Assembly (NCBI GenBank): GCA_002269645.1
Contig: NIVC01000507.1
Location: forward strand, 496,001 to 560,000
Reading direction: 5' to 3'
From: Macrostomum lignano
Taxonomy: Eukaryota
DNA length: 64,000 nucleotides
Shown: one piece after another, positions 53,201 through 64,000 of the stretch
Position numbering within the stretch: position 1 is the first letter of the stretch
How the letters are laid out: every line of letters begins with the position of its first letter
Position numbers and translations under genes: made by a program
The notes under the pieces: model-generated
The model's database searches: none
What the model saw: the letters and a program-made list of their open reading frames with translations, nothing else
Told to the model about the DNA's origin: nothing

Positions 53201-56200
53201 TCAGGGACGATGCTTAAGGTGATTCAGGGACGATTCTTAATGTTGATTCAGGGACGATTCTTAATGTTGATTCGGGGACGATTATTAATGTTGATTCAGG
53301 GACGATTCTTAATGCTGATTCAGGGACGATGCTTAAGGTGATTCAGGGACGATGCTTAAAGTTGATTCAGGGACGATTCTTAATGTTGATTCAGGGACGA
53401 TTCTTAATGTTGATTCGGGGACGATTCTTAATGTTGATTCAGGGACGATTCTTAATGTTGATTCAGGGACGATTCTTAATGTTGATTCGGGGACGATTCT
53501 TAATGTTGATTCAGAGAGATTCTTAATGCTGATTCAGGGACGATGCTTAAGGTGATTCAGGGACGATGCTTAAGGTGATTCAGGGACGATTCTTAATGTT
53601 GATTCAGGGACGATTCTTAAGTTGATTCAGGGACGATGCTTAAGGTGATTCAGGGACGATGATTAAGGTGATTAAGGGACGATTCTTAATGTTGATTCAG
53701 GGACGATTCTTAAGTTGATTCAGGGACGATACTTAAGGTGATTCAGGGACGATTATTAATGCTGATTCAGGGACGATTCTTAATGTTGATTCAGGGACGA
53801 TGCTTAAGGTGATTCAGGGACGATTCTTAATATTGATTCGGGGACGATTCTTAATGTTGATTCAGGGACGATTCTTAATGCTGATTCAGGGACGATGCTT
53901 AAGGTGATTCAGGGACGATGCTTAAGGTGATTCAGGGACGATGCTTAAAGTTGATTCAGGGACGATTCTTAAGTTGATTCGGGGACGATTCTTAATGTTG
54001 ATTCAGGGACGATTCTTAATGCTGATTCAGGAACGATTCTTAAGGTGATTCAGGGACGATGCTTAAAGTTGATTCAGGGACGATTCTTAATGTTGATTCG
54101 GGGACGATTATTAATGTTGATTCAGGGACGATGCTTAAGGTGATTCAGGGACGATGCTTAAGGTGATTCAGGGACGATTATTAATGTTGATTCAGGGACG
54201 ATTCTTAATGTTGATTCAGGGACGATTCTTAATGCTGATTCAGGGACGATTCTTAAGTTGATTCAGGGACGATACTTAAGGTGATTCAGGGACGATTATT
54301 AATGCTGATTCAGGGACGATTATTAATGTTGATTCAGGGACGATTCTTAAGGTGATTCAGGGACGATGCTTAAAGTGATTCAGGGACGATTCCTAATGTT
54401 GATTCGGGGACGATTATTAATGTTGATTCAGGGACGATTCTTAATGCTGATTCAGGGACGATTCTGAAGTTGATTCAGAGACGATGCTTAAGGTGATTCA
54501 GAGACGATGCTTAATGTTGATTCAGGGACAATTCTTAATGTTGATTCGGGGACGATTATTAATGTTGATTCAGGGACGATTCTTAATTTTGATTCAGGGA
54601 CGATTCTTAATATTGATTCGGGGACGATTCTTAATGTTGATTCAGGGACGATTCTTAATGCTGATTCAGGGACGATGCTTAAGGTGATTCAGGGACGATG
54701 CTTAAGGTGATTCAGGGACGATGCTTAAAGTTGATTCAGGGACGATTCTTAATGTTGATTCAGGGACGATGCTTAATGTTGATTCGGGGACGATTCTTAA
54801 TGTTGATTCAGGGACGATTCTTAATGCTGATTCAGGGACGATTCTTAATGCTGATTCAGGGACGATGCTTAAGGTGATTCAGGGACGATTCTTAATGTTG
54901 ATTCAGGGACGATTCTTAATGTTGATTCGGGGACGATTATTAATGTTGATTCAGGGACGATTTTTAATGCTGATTCAGGGACGATGCTTAAGGTGATTCA
55001 GGGACGATGCTTAAAGTTGATTCAGGGACGATTCTTAATGTTGATTCAGGGACGATTCTTAATGTTGATTCGGGACGATTCTTAATGTTGATTCAGGGAC
55101 GATTCTTAATGTTGATTCAGGGACGATTCTTAATGTTGATTCGGGGACGATTCTTAATGTTGATTCAGGGAGATTCTTAATGCTGATTCAGGGACGATGC
55201 TTAAGGTGATTCAGGGACGATGCTTAAGGTGATTCAGGGACGATTCTTAATGTTGATTCAGGGACGATTCTTAAGTTGATTCAGGGACGATGCTTAAGGT
55301 GATTCAGGGACGATGATTAAGGTGATTAAGGGACGATTCTTAATGTTGATTCAGGGACGATTCTTAATGTTGATTCGGGGACGATTCTTAATGTTGATTC
55401 GGGGACGATTCTTAATGTTGATTCAGGAACGATTCTTAATGTTGATTCGGGGGCGATTCTTAATGTTGATTCAGGGACGATTCTTAATGTTGATTCAGGA
55501 ACGATTCTTAAGTTGATTCAGGGACGATTCTTAATGTTGATTCGGGGACGATTATTAATGTTGATTCAGGGACGATTCTTAAGTTGATTCAGGGACGATT
55601 ATTAATGTTGATTTAGGGACGATGCTTAAGGTGATTCAGGGACGATACTTAAGGTGATTCAGGGACGATGCTTAAGGTGATTCAGGGACGATGCTTAAGG
55701 TGATTCAGGGACGATGCTTAAGGTGATTCAGGGACGATACTTAAGGTGATTCAGGGACGATGCTTAAGGTGATTCAGGGACGATGCTTAAGGTGATTCAG
55801 GGACGATGCCTAAAGTTGATTCAGGGACGATGCTTAAGGTGATTCAGGGACGATGCTTAAGGCGATTCAGGGACGATGCTTAAGGTGATTCAGGGACGAT
55901 GCTTAGAGTGATTCAGGGACGATGCTTAAGTTGATTCAGGGACGATACTTAAGGTGATTCAGGGACGATGCTTAAGGTGATTCAGGGACGATGCTTAAGG
56001 TGATTCAGGGACGATGCTTAAAGTTGATTCAGGGACGATTCTTAAGTTGATTCAGGGACGATTCTTGAGTTGATTCAGGGACGATTCTTAAGTTGATTCA
56101 GGGACGATTCTTAAGTTGATTCAGGGACGATTCTTGAGTTGATTCAGGGACGATCCTTAAGTTGATTCAGGGACGATGCTGAAGGTTGATTCAGGGACGA

Positions 56201-59200
56201 TGCTTAAAGTTGATTCAGGGACAATTCTTAAGTTTATTCAGAGACTATTCAAGGTTGATTCAGGGACGATTCTTAAGGTTGATTCAGGGACGATTCTTAA
56301 GTTGATTCAGGGACGATGCTGAAGGTTGATTAAGGGATGATTCTTAAGGTTGATTCAGGGACGATGCTTGATGCTGATTCAGGGACGATTCTTAATACTG
56401 GTTCTAAGGACGATTTCTAAGTTTAAGTAATATTAGTTAGAAATCGTGTAGGTCAATTTCTAGAAGCAGCTATAGCAATGGGGGCCAATTGAAAAACATT
56501 CCCCTTTGCTATCAATGTTATTTCAGGCCGCGAAGACCAGTCATGGTTGAGATTTCTAAAATTTTTGTGCAGCAAATTGGTTGAATCAAAAAAGTGCAGA
56601 CTAATCAACACGCAGGCCTGATAAGACGCAGCCCTGACTTTATCCACATTCAGATACGAACTGTGTGCACTGGCTTTGGTTAGAGAGATAGCGCTAGGGC
56701 GAGATAATTGCAGCAATTTGGCATTTTGGCAAGATGCCAACTCTCATAGTACATACACAGCTAACAACCACACATCACCATTCTATCTGACAACCGTATG
56801 GCACAGCTACGTGTAAAATGGGATTCAAAAAGCTTTCATTGAGGCTTGCCACCAGTTTAGAATCCGATGTACTCCTATAGCCTACTCTTGTAAAGCACTC
56901 CACCAGTGTCCCATTAGTATTGTTTGTTTGAGAGGCCCAAGCCAACATCCGGTTCACAATTGGCCTGGTTCTTTCCATGGTAAAATAAGAGACAGCCTGA
57001 GAGACGCATTTTTTTGCAAAACTGCAACAAAAAGTACTAACAAATAGGAATCCTACATAACTGCATAATTATGTAAACCAGTGCAATTTTCTGCCTAAAA
57101 TCTCACTTACTAAACTATGTGTATGTACAGAGAAAGTTAACGATGGGAGTAACTATGTAACTAATTTTAAATAGCCAAAATTACTCGTCACCTGGTACGC
57201 AGTGTTGTCCACTATAACAAAAAAGTTAACATTTAACATTTTAAACAGTTGTAAGTTAATGAATTTACTAGGAAAAAATCGCAACAAATTTTATAGAAAC
57301 ATCTGAGGAACGTTTCAAAACAACTTCAAACTTCGGTTCAGGGACGATGCTGAAGGTTGATTCAGGGACGATTCTTGATGCTGATTCAGGGACGATTCTT
57401 AATGTTGATTCAGGGACGATTCTTAATGTTGATTCAGGGACGATTCTTAATGCTGATTCAGGGACGATTCTTAATGATGATTCAGGGACGATTCTTAATG
57501 TTGATTCAGGGACGATTCTTAATGCTGATTCAGGGACGATTCTTTAGTTTATTCAGGGACGATTCTTTAGTTTATTCAGGAACGATTCTTAATGCTGATT
57601 CAGGGACGATTCTTAATGCTGATTCAGGGACGATTCTTAATGCTGATTCAGGGACGATTCTTAATGCTGATTCAGGGACGATTCTTAATGTTGATTCAGG
57701 GACGATTCTTAAGTTTATTCAGGGACGATGCTGAAGGTTGATTCAGGGACGATTCCTTATGCTGATTCAGGGACGATTCTTGAGTTTATTCAGGGACGAT
57801 GCTCAAGGTTGATTCAGGGACGATTCCTTATGCTGATTCAGGGACGATTCTTGAGTTTATTCAGGGACGATGCTGAAGGTTGATTCAGAGACGATGCTTA
57901 AAGTTGATTCAGGGACGATTCTTAAGTTTATTCAGGGACGATTATTAAGGTTGATTCAGGGACTATTCTTAAGGTTGATTCAGGGACGATTCTTAAGTTG
58001 ATTCAGGGACGATGCTGAAGGTTGATTCAGGGATGATTCTTAAGGTTGATTCAGGGACGATTCTTTAGTTGATTCAGGGACGATGCTGAAGGTTGATTCA
58101 GGGACGATGCTAAAGAGCCGTTTGAAAACGACTTTGAAGGATGATTTAGAGCCTGTTTACAGGATAATTCAGGATGGTTCAGTAAGATTCCGAAAGGTAC
58201 TTTAGGGGAACATAACCTTTTAAGGGATTTTTTGAGGTGATTGTCAGAATACACTTCTCATTTGAATCAACTAGATTGCAAATCAGAATAACATCTACGA
58301 ACTTATATGAATTAAGCATGTACATCTTAAATTCAATACGGAAATATTAATCAAAGATTTCTTTTCTTACCTAGGAAAGTCTATTAGGCCAACTCCGCTG
58401 CCACTTCTACTATGCGAGCTGACATTCGAATAGGTTGACAGATTTCGACAATGCCTGGACGTCAACAAGTACTGAGCGTGCTGCTGCTGTGGTTGCTGCT
58501 GCACCTGTTGAGCTCCAGACGCCGTCAGCGTAACCATAGGAACAGCTGAAGCATTGTCAGTACCAAAAGCGTCGTCAATAACGACAGAATCGAAAGCGGT
58601 CGCCGAGTCGCTGCCGCCGCCGCAGCTGGAACCGCCAACGCTGTGCCGCAGGCGGGCTGGGTCTGATGAAGCCCGATAGATTGGGTCGCCGCGTAGGCAG
58701 CGCATGCACAGGCTGAGCCGCAGAGTGGAATTGTCCAGACGTTCGTTCGGACTATACGGAGTCAGGATGAAAGCGCGCTCCTCAGGAGCTGAGCAGTGGC
58801 CGAACTGGGCCAAGTCCAGATTAACGAAGCCCAACTTGCTGTAGGATCGACCGCCGCGAATCTCTTTTCTTAGCGAGACGCGCAACTCGCAAGAATGAAG
58901 TACGCCAGTCTCCGCTGATGACGTCATCCGACAGGGAAACTCGTAGGTAGCGTCTGGGGCGCCGGATTCGGCCAGCCAAGTGACCTGAATTTGACGACAA
59001 GTCGGGGCGCAACGAAAGTCAATTGCCAGGTTTGAATAAATAAGTAGTGTTCGTAGATATGTATTCAGCTACTGCCTCTAAGTTAACGGTCGAGAAGTCA
59101 AATAGCTGTCTACTGGGGAGGAGGCATCAGAGTGTCTCCTGGATAGGGAATGTCAGAGGGTCTCCTGGATAGGTAATGTCAGAGGGTCTCCTGGATAGGG

Positions 59201-59748
59201 AATGCCAAAGGGTCTCCTGGATAGGGAATGCCAAAGGGTCTCCTGGATAGGGAATGCCAAAGGGTCTCCTGGATAGGTAATGCCAAAGGGTCTCCTGGAT
59301 AGGGAATGCCAAAGGGTCTCCTGGATAGGGAATGCCAAAGGGTCTCCTGGATAGGGAATGTCAGAGGGTCTCCTAGATAAGGAATGTCAGAGGGTCTCCT
59401 GGATAGGGAATGTCAGAGGGTCTCCTAATTAGAAGATGTCAGAGGGTTTTCTAGTGGGTCTTTTAGAGTTATCAAAGGCAAGATTCTGCATACCTTATTG
59501 TTTTGAATAACACATCGGCTAGAATATTGGCAAAATCGCCCACCAGAGAGCAATCGCATCTTAGCAAACAGTACCCCATTGCTAAGCGTGACACCTTCCA
59601 ATTCTTTAAGTGTCAGTCGAACTAAAAACTTGTGCCGACGCTTTTTTCGATTTGGACTTGCATCTGAAGCTTCTATGGCAGTGTGACCATCACAGTCCTG
59701 ACCATTGGCTCCATGGCTACTGGTTGCTGGGCGCAGACAGGTGAACAT
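41258..59748 (-). CDS. EEIG1: EEIG1/FAM102-family C2 NT-type domain protein, about 419 aa, 5 exons
   Basis: Exons 59494-59748, 58371-58984, 45844-45934, 43500-43602, 41258-41454 (1260 nt, in frame). Motifs KKRRHKFLVRLTLKELEGV, LFAKMRLL, LRVSLRKEIRGGRSYSKLGFVNLDLAQF, RLDNSTLRL, TRADNHTIVKQV and SLFINPD. The exon 4 donor (GTCGCA) is weak; read-through would stop 5 codons later. Confidence 0.85.
42160..42495. repeat. About 61-bp minisatellite in EEIG1 intron 4
   Basis: ACCGTACGCGATAAAAA...CACCCACCTCAACCTCCGCTGAACTTCTACCCC, about 5.5 copies. Confidence 0.9.
44000..44530. repeat. 58-59 bp minisatellite with alternating A/B variants (about 117-bp dimer)
   Basis: Units alternate ...CACTTGCCTAGAGATGTACACTCT and ...CTCTGCCCCACAGATGTACACTCT. 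Confidence 0.9.
45050..45775. repeat. About 24-26 bp repeat (GGGAGATTTCAATTGGGGATTTTT) in EEIG1 intron 3
   Basis: About 28 copies. Confidence 0.92.
46440..46800. repeat. GA-rich polypurine low-complexity tract
   Basis: Direct inspection. Confidence 0.9.
47345..49967 (-). mobile_element. Decayed Penelope-like retroelement (RT plus GIY-YIG endonuclease) in EEIG1 intron 2
   Basis: RT motifs FYILPKIH, GRPIVS, GTAMGKSVAP, WLRYIDDVF, VNFLD, VYFKPT; GIY-YIG AVYAVICRQC...VYVGET...RMLAH...VARHF...EAKLIEVLRTRIPHGAN. At least 4 frames; GA-rich insert at 49495-49920. Confidence 0.9.
50530..50700 (+). mobile_element. tRNA-derived CORE-type SINE fragment
   Basis: B-box GGTTCGATTC at 50535-50544, then TGTGTCCTTGAGCAAGACGCTTAAC...TGTAAAATGGG resembling the CORE-SINE central domain; A-box not evident. 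Confidence 0.65.
51282..51355 (+). mobile_element. 74-bp inverted copy of the Penelope GIY-YIG segment 47613-47686
   Basis: Reverse-complement identity read directly; abuts the satellite start. Confidence 0.9.
51362..56420. repeat. 5-kb satellite, 23-24 bp unit (TGATTCAGGGACGAT[T/G]CTTAA[TGT/GG])
   Basis: About 210 units with an internal duplication of about 1.7 kb. Confidence 0.97.
57337..58110. repeat. Second array of the same 23-24 bp satellite
   Basis: Same unit and orientation, separated by about 900 bp of unique DNA. Confidence 0.95.
59130..59445. repeat. 26-bp minisatellite (GGGTCTCCTGGATAGGGAATGCCAAA) in EEIG1 intron 1
   Basis: About 12 copies. Confidence 0.92.
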
Positions 59749-62279
59749 ACTATAAAAAGGGAATGAAACACAATGTCAATAATACATAACTATTGTGGAC
59801 AACATTAAAGCTTAAATAATTATAAACCTTATATTATGACATCAAGGAGAAAGCCAATCATTAACTTTCTATGAAATATATCATCAAATATCTATAGAAT
59901 CTATTTTAATCTATAAAACTTGCAATTAAGATTTAATAATCATATTAGTTTTTGCCAATCTTCCAATTTTCTATTCTATATTTATAGAGTAAATAGCATG
60001 AATATATGCATAAAATCTTTATTCTTTATATTATACTTTATTATACTTTATACTTTATTAAAAGTACAGTTTTTTAATTTCTATTTATTTATTCAAGGAT
60101 AAATACATGAAAAAGATATGATGGCGACTAAAACGAAAGTAGATTGAATAGACAAAATAAAAAACTTCAACATCATCCACATAACAAGCAATGCCAATGC
60201 CAATGCATGCACCTATTGACTATATTGCAAGTAGCGGTATCTATAATATACTTATTTTTTAAGGCTTACTATTATTTAATATATACCAAACATTTTCACA
60301 TGCTTTGCTCAATGTACTTTATTTCGTTAATCAAGCGTTTCAAAAATAAAAAACGAAGAGACACTTTTGACCCCACTTTTCGTCAGTTTTCGACCACTTT
60401 AAGATGTTTTACTGCATGCCAGACTTTGAGTTCATTAGTGATAAATAAAGACATCTAAGAACAACATTTATTAGAAAATTATTCATTCCACCTACTAAAA
60501 TTACTGAAGAACAAAGAAGCTGATCAGGACAAAAATACTAGGCACATTAATAGTAGAACCAGCTAAAATTTCTAAAAAAACGTTCTTAGATTCGAAGAAT
60601 TTTAGATACTGTGGCAAAAGCAAAATTGTGCGTAAAAAATACCATGGTACAACAAAATTTTCAGTAATTATGCATATAAATTTGCTGAACTAAATTAAAG
60701 CAATTTTTATAAATTTGAAAAGCTGTATCAAGAATTATAACGATCAAAAAGGCATTGCTTAAAAAGCACTAAACACACCCGTGTCATCACTCCACACTCC
60801 GTAATAAAGAAGGAAGCTATACATGCACATGCAATTGTGTTTACGGGGGAAACTACGTGTATTAGATATAGCGCCACACGTAGTTTACGTGAGTATAGGC
60901 CTAAGCAGTGCATATGTTGGTATAAAACAAAAAGATTTTTAATAAACTTTGTATGCTTCTATTCTAAAACTAGCCTTCTGCCTCCTGTCCCTTGCAACTA
61001 GATATAATATAAATGTTTGAAGTCCAGTTAAAGAAGTAAAATGTTTTTTACTGACTAGGCTTGGCCTAGGCATAAAATAATAATTAGCAGTTCCAATTTG
61101 AACTGGTAACTAATTTTTTTGCAACTAAACTATAATTCATTCTTAAGCAGTTAGTATTTGCAGCTAAGATACTTTAACTTTGTTTGGCAAAAATCATAAC
61201 CTATTTCATGCTATTTGTCTTGTTTTGATTTCTTAATCTTTTAACTTTTAAGCATGCAGGCTAGGCTAGGCCTAGTGAATAGTAGGTTATTATAGGGCTG
61301 CAGGGATTAGGGATACATAACAAAGGCTATTAGCAAGTTATAAGGGTATTTAAGGCATATTTGTAGAACTACTTTTAAAGCAGTCTCTCTACTCTCTTCA
61401 AAACTCTATGGTTGTAGTTGGGATTAAAACAGTAGGACCTTGCTATAGGCCTACTATTAGACCATAAACCAAGCTACCAATTATCCATCTAGGGCAGGTG
61501 CCCCTAAGAGGGTGAGGTCTGATTTGCTTTTACCTTGGCTAGTATTAGTACCTCAAGCTAGGCCTATACTATAGTTCTATAATAAGCTATTATTCCCTAG
61601 GTTATAGGGTGTATTATAATCAAGTATGATTTTCCTAAGGTAATACTAGCATGTAAAAAAGCTTAGGCCTATCTATTATACTTACCAGTGCTAGCCTATA
61701 TTTCACACTCCAATTCAAAACTTATGTCAATTTCTTGTTAGCAAAATCTTTTATTCTATTATACTTTTATCATTGAAAGCCCTTTTAAACTTAGGTTAAA
61801 AGCTGTATAAACCAAAATTGTACCATCAAAAGTTAGATTTAGAAAAATTTTTATCCCAGAATTCTAGCCTAATTCGTTAGGATCCCAGGATTGGCAAAGT
61901 CTAGGATATCCTGATCCTAAGGAAGAATCCTAGGATGTTTAAAGTCTAGGATATCTCAATCCCAAAAAATCTTGGTATTGGCAAAACTCAGGGTTTTGTA
62001 TTCCCTAGTTTTTAGACTGGTATAAGACAAAGATAGCCATTATAATATTATGTTTATTAGGGCCTATCTATTCTCTACAATTAATGAGCAACTAATAGCT
62101 ATTGTTATATTATTTATTATTATATTTAATCTATCATCATAAATACTAATATAATAATAGATTTGAAACTATTACTCATAATATAAAATAATAAAAACTT
62201 TAATCTTTTTCAGTGTTTATACTAATTTATTCTCTATTATTCAGCTATCATTTTGTAACTTGTGAATCTAGGAACTTAG

Positions 62280-63157
62280 AGTTGCGAGAGCAGCTTTGCA
62301 AAATACCATGCATTAATGTACTTCAACCATCAGCTCTAGGTTCACTGTTTCATAAAAGTCAATAAGCAAATAGTGCTTCATGAACTTGTCATTTTTCGAT
62401 CATGTTTGGCATCGTTATTGATGTCAGAAATCACAATCGCTAGCTTCTCCTTTTGAGCAATTTATTAGCAATATAAAGGCCCCGTCTTCAGGAGGCATAT
62501 AGTAATATGATATAACCCCCTCAAAATATTTAAGAACAGGACAGTAATGCATGAGTAATAGAGTATAAAAAAGACTATAATAATTTTACTGAGCCATTAC
62601 TTAAATGCTTTTCCATATCAGTCACTGGCCTAGACATAGTGAAATTGGTGCTTCATCCAAATAGTTTTTGCCACAGACACAAAATCAAATTTCAAGCTAG
62701 GACTTTCAAAAAGTTTCAACTCAATCTTTAATTCGCATAGTTTGTATATTTTTTGAGATATTAATAATGATATTGAAGTAAGGGATAGGCAGATGCTTCT
62801 GCAGAAATTTCCTAATTCAGTTCAAAAGTATACAAATAGGAATTCATGCTGCTGAATTAGCTCCTCAATAGTCTGTGGACATCTGTGATAGGTCAGCAAC
62901 TTGTCACTTAATCACCCTACCTGTATTATAAGCATGGAGTCAGAGGCTAAGCAAAATAAAGGGTAGATTGTGACTTTTTTCACTGATACTCATCATTTCA
63001 TAAGAATGAAATGTAATAAAGCTTGACTCAAATCACTGTGAATCATCCGGGCCAGTTTCTTTTCTGTCAGCAATGGAGCTGCAGCTGCGGCAAGCAGGCA
63101 GGTATCAAAAGTCTGCCACTATGTGTCTGGGCTATAGGAAATACTGACAGAGTCTAA
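62280..63157 (-). pseudogene. Possible decayed coding relic of unknown origin
   Basis: One frame reads as protein-like for more than 200 codons (…TFDTCLLAAAAAPLLTEKKLARMIH…LTYHRCPQTIEELIQQH…) with scattered TGA/TAG/TAA; no family recognised. Confidence 0.3.
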
Positions 63158-63384
63158 CTGTGAAAAGAAAGTGGTTAGATTTGTCAGATATTAGTTTGTG
63201 AAATATATTCCTTTGTTTGTACATTTTAAAAATTAAAAGACAACATAAAGTGGTCAAACAAAAACTGATTTAGTCAAAACTACCCCTCTAAACAAACTCA
63301 TAATACAATAAACTTATATGTGCGCATTTCTTCTCAGATGTATTATGTCCTTGCTGATCTTGACCTCAGCTCTATAACTTGGCT

Positions 63385-64000
63385 ATGAATCTGCTGCTGT
63401 TGTTGTTGTTGTTGTTGATGCCAACTACTAGGCCTCCACAGCTAGGATCTTTTTATGGGTACCACATGGCAGGAGGCTTTTCTACCATTCCCAATACTTT
63501 AAGGCTTCCTCTGGTTGCTCACAGACTGCTTGCAGACCATTATAGCACCACAACCTCTTGTCATCCATTTCCAGGCAGTCCCAGATGTGCTGCATTGTCT
63601 CCTCCATATTGCAGTACTGGCACTAGTCCTTTAGTAGTCCAATCTCTTCTTGTAGGCTGCTAGCTCTGTCAAGTGTCCCATGCACATTCTTCTGAAGCTC
63701 ACCTCTTTTTCTTTGTAGCTAAACCATGAATTTCTCTTAACTCTGCATGTGCTCTTATATACCCTCTTCATTCTTTCATGCCTCCACTCACTTCTCTGCT
63801 TTCCGCAGTGCCTGGCTTAGCTTTTTTTGCAACCGTGCTTGCTAACACTTTTGCATTGTTATGCCACATCTCTCTGACCACTTTGCCCGCCACCTTGTCC
63901 ACTTCTTCATTTCCGCCGATTCCACAATGGCTAGGGATCCAAAGCAGGGTCACCCGCTTCTCTTCCTATTCCAGCTTGCTGAGCTCTTCTCTGATCCGAT
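63385..64000 (-). mobile_element. Degraded 3' end of an RNase H-containing LINE (runs off the window)
   Basis: TLLWIPSHCGIGGNEEVDKVA (RNase H C-terminus), CQYCNMEETMQHIWDC knuckle, (CAA)n tail at about 63390-63418; several stops. Confidence 0.8.

Noticed and set aside
56954-56996. Frame-compatible alternative terminal or poison exon of EEIG1 between the satellite arrays
   Set aside because: Weak pyrimidine tract, no homology support and no clear poly(A) signal in the unique DNA
51362-58110. CRISPR-like regularity of the 23-24 bp array
   Set aside because: Units are contiguous with no unique spacers, there are no cas genes, and the context is a eukaryotic intron

Overview
Eukaryotic, intron-rich invertebrate genomic DNA. 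GC-rich exons, a different tandem repeat in almost every intron and (GATA)n/(ACAG)n arrays suggest a flatworm such as Macrostomum; this is inference only. There are no prokaryotic features and no CRISPR array. Hand-built gene models, all frame-checked across GT-AG junctions: (1) a likely terminal exon of an unidentified + strand gene (588-783); (2) a divergent, short Hsp110/HSPA4-family gene (- strand, 5 exons) head-to-head with (3) an SRSF1-like gene (+ strand), with a perfect heat-shock element between them and predicted introns in the SRSF1 3'UTR; (4,5) two tandem, strongly diverged paralogues (- strand, about 949 aa and 781 aa) with the architecture PH domain, Pro/Gln-rich linker, three consecutive divergent SH2-like domains; (6) an EEIG1/FAM102 C2-NT gene (- strand, 5 exons over 18.5 kb). 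The ORF track breaks genes 4 and 5 into pieces because several apparent stop codons lie inside splice donors. Mobile DNA: a young 5'-truncated LOA/I-group LINE with intact ORF2 and a TSD inside one PH-3xSH2 gene, a decayed Penelope-like element, a Merlin transposase relic, several MITEs with TIRs and 8-bp TSDs, a CORE-type SINE, an old LINE 3' end and a 5-kb satellite with higher-order structure. The most novel-looking element is the PH-3xSH2 adaptor pair. Domain calls are by eye from motifs; no database search was run.
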